Assembly: GCA_016184455.1 (NCBI GenBank)
Contig: JACPCS010000102.1
Span: forward strand, 11,962-75,961
Length of the DNA stretch: 64,000 bases
Origin: Acidobacteriota bacterium
Lineage (GTDB): Bacteria > Acidobacteriota > Vicinamibacteria > Vicinamibacterales > UBA2999
Direction of reading: 5' to 3'
The translations under genes and the position numbers were made by a program. Shown piece after piece: positions 63,201 to 64,000 of the stretch. Each line of letters begins with the position of its first letter. The first letter of the stretch is position 1. The notes beneath the pieces are model-generated. The model worked only from the letters and a program-made list of their open reading frames with translations, was not told where the DNA came from and made no database searches.

Positions 63201-64000
63201 CTAGAACGCCTGCCCCACGCTGAAGTGGAGGCGCCAGTGGCGGCGCTCGGGCTCGCCGTCGACGCGCAGGTTCGGAATCGGATTGAGCTGATAGCCGAAA
63301 TCGACGCGGATGGGCCCGATGGGCGTGAGATACCGGAGGCCCGGTCCGACGGCATACCGCAGATCGTCCACGTGGAAGTCCCACGACCGCGACCAGACGT
63401 TGCCGTAGTCGAGGAACGCGACGCCGCCGAAGCTTCCCCAGAGCGGCAGGCGGACTTCGGACGATCCCTCGAGCATCGTGTGCCCGCCGATCGGCAGGCC
63501 GAAGCCGCTGGTCGGCCCCACCTCGAACCGCCCCCAGCCGCGAATGCTCGACGACCCGCCAAGAAAGTACCGCTTGTAGAAGGGGACGTTCGGTTCCAGA
63601 TCGCCAATCGCGGCGATCGTGCCGAGCCGCAGGCGATTGGCGAGCACGAGCGCGCGGCCCACCGAGACATAGTGGCGCCCCTCGGTCGTGGCAGCCCGGT
63701 AATTGAACGAGCCGGGCAGCCACCGGCCCGCCTGCTCCACGTGGGCGCTGATGGCATAGCCGGCGCGCGCGTCGAGCACGCTGCTGGTCGTGTTCCGTCC
63801 GACGTCGAAGGCAACGGCCGAGAGCGTGCCGCTCGACTGCCCGGTACGCGGGTCGAGGCCGAGTGCGATCAACTCGTCGCGGATGGTCAGGTCCTCGAGC
63901 GCTGCCGGCGTGACGCTGCTGCGCTGGTACTCGTTGCTGAGCGAGACGCTCCAGAACGCCTGCGTGTTCGCCTGGTGCCGCAGCGTCACGCGGCCGCCAA
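63201..64000 (-). CDS. tamA: Omp85-family outer membrane protein (TamA/BamA type), C-terminal part; 5' end beyond the window
   Basis: The barrel end reads YKRYFLGGSSSIRGWG...FLDYGNVW...RVDFGYQL...HFSVGQAF. It lies immediately upstream of tamB. Confidence 0.75.
   Translation of the reverse strand, partial: GGRVTLRHQANTQAFWSVSLSNEYQRSSVTPAALEDLTIRDELIALGLDPRTGQSSGTLSAVAFDVGRNTTSSVLDARAGYAISAHVEQAGRWLPGSFNYRAATTEGRHYVSVGRALVLANRLRLGTIAAIGDLEPNVPFYKRYFLGGSSSIRGWGRFEVGPTSGFGLPIGGHTMLEGSSEVRLPLWGSFGGVAFLDYGNVWSRSWDFHVDDLRYAVGPGLRYLTPIGPIRVDFGYQLNPIPNLRVDGEPERRHWRLHFSVGQAF

Noticed and set aside
58679-63814. ORF-track N-terminal extensions taken at face value: tamB from 63814 (overlapping tamA), the MBL gene from 42301, plsC from 23202, cobA from 29422, lepB from 13399, rex from 17914 and the second methyltransferase from 8961.
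   Set aside because: The extensions are low-complexity, overlap upstream genes or read through terminators and repeat elements. Internal starts with RBS-like sequences give family-typical N-termini.

Overview
This is a very GC-rich bacterial chromosomal segment. Hand counts of ordinary 60-nt lines give about 68% GC. Coding is dense, and I saw no rRNA, CRISPR array, transposase or integrase. The gene content suggests an Acidobacteriota-like diderm soil bacterium, which is inference only. That content includes a VWFA-related acidobacterial-type domain protein, a DUF1552/DUF1592 pair, TamA/TamB, many secreted beta-propellers, and REP-like hairpins that translate as SGFSRT / RLKPDTTY.

I call about 60 protein genes and one tRNA-Leu(CAA). 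Recognisable blocks, in order along the window:
- A giant multi-PAS sensor with a broken frame, followed by a GspG-like pseudopilin, an ABC-2 exporter and an HD-GYP response regulator.
- Two tandem PmtA-like methyltransferases next to a homocysteine-methyltransferase/MTHFR fusion.
- An orphan nuoI.
- LytS/LytTR, lepB and a CDF transporter.
- moaC, rex and an OPT transporter.
- plsC and carD.
- An ATP-grasp ligase with a peptidase-Mx-like partner.
- Sulfite reductase, cobA and a siroheme dehydrogenase/chelatase.
- hom-thrB-thrC and aguB-aguA.
- A TonB-dependent receptor.
- A 9-kb co-directional run: DUF1592, DUF1552, ankyrin, NHL, MBL, nhaA.
- A sortase / LPQTA-substrate / VWA locus.
- A ParA / ribbon-helix-helix pair.
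- ispG, ndh and a molybdopterin oxidoreductase.
- tamB-tamA.

The most unusual signals are non-genic or accessory:
1. A low-GC two-gene islet between convergent genes, carrying a 23S-IVS-type four-helix-bundle protein and a HEPN-like ORF, bracketed by inverted GGGNNNN heptamer arrays.
2. A structural class of inverted 7/9-mer arrays that sit exactly in gene junctions.
3. A family of roughly 90-bp perfect hairpins with compensatory arm changes.
4. A REP-like GTCCGGCTGAAGCCGGAC family.
5. A strong promoter, a ~150-nt leader and an intrinsic terminator abutting the siroheme-operon start codon.
6. A sortase system in a diderm genome.
7. A ParA/RHH/repeat-array cassette.

All homology statements come from reading motifs by eye. 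No searches were run.
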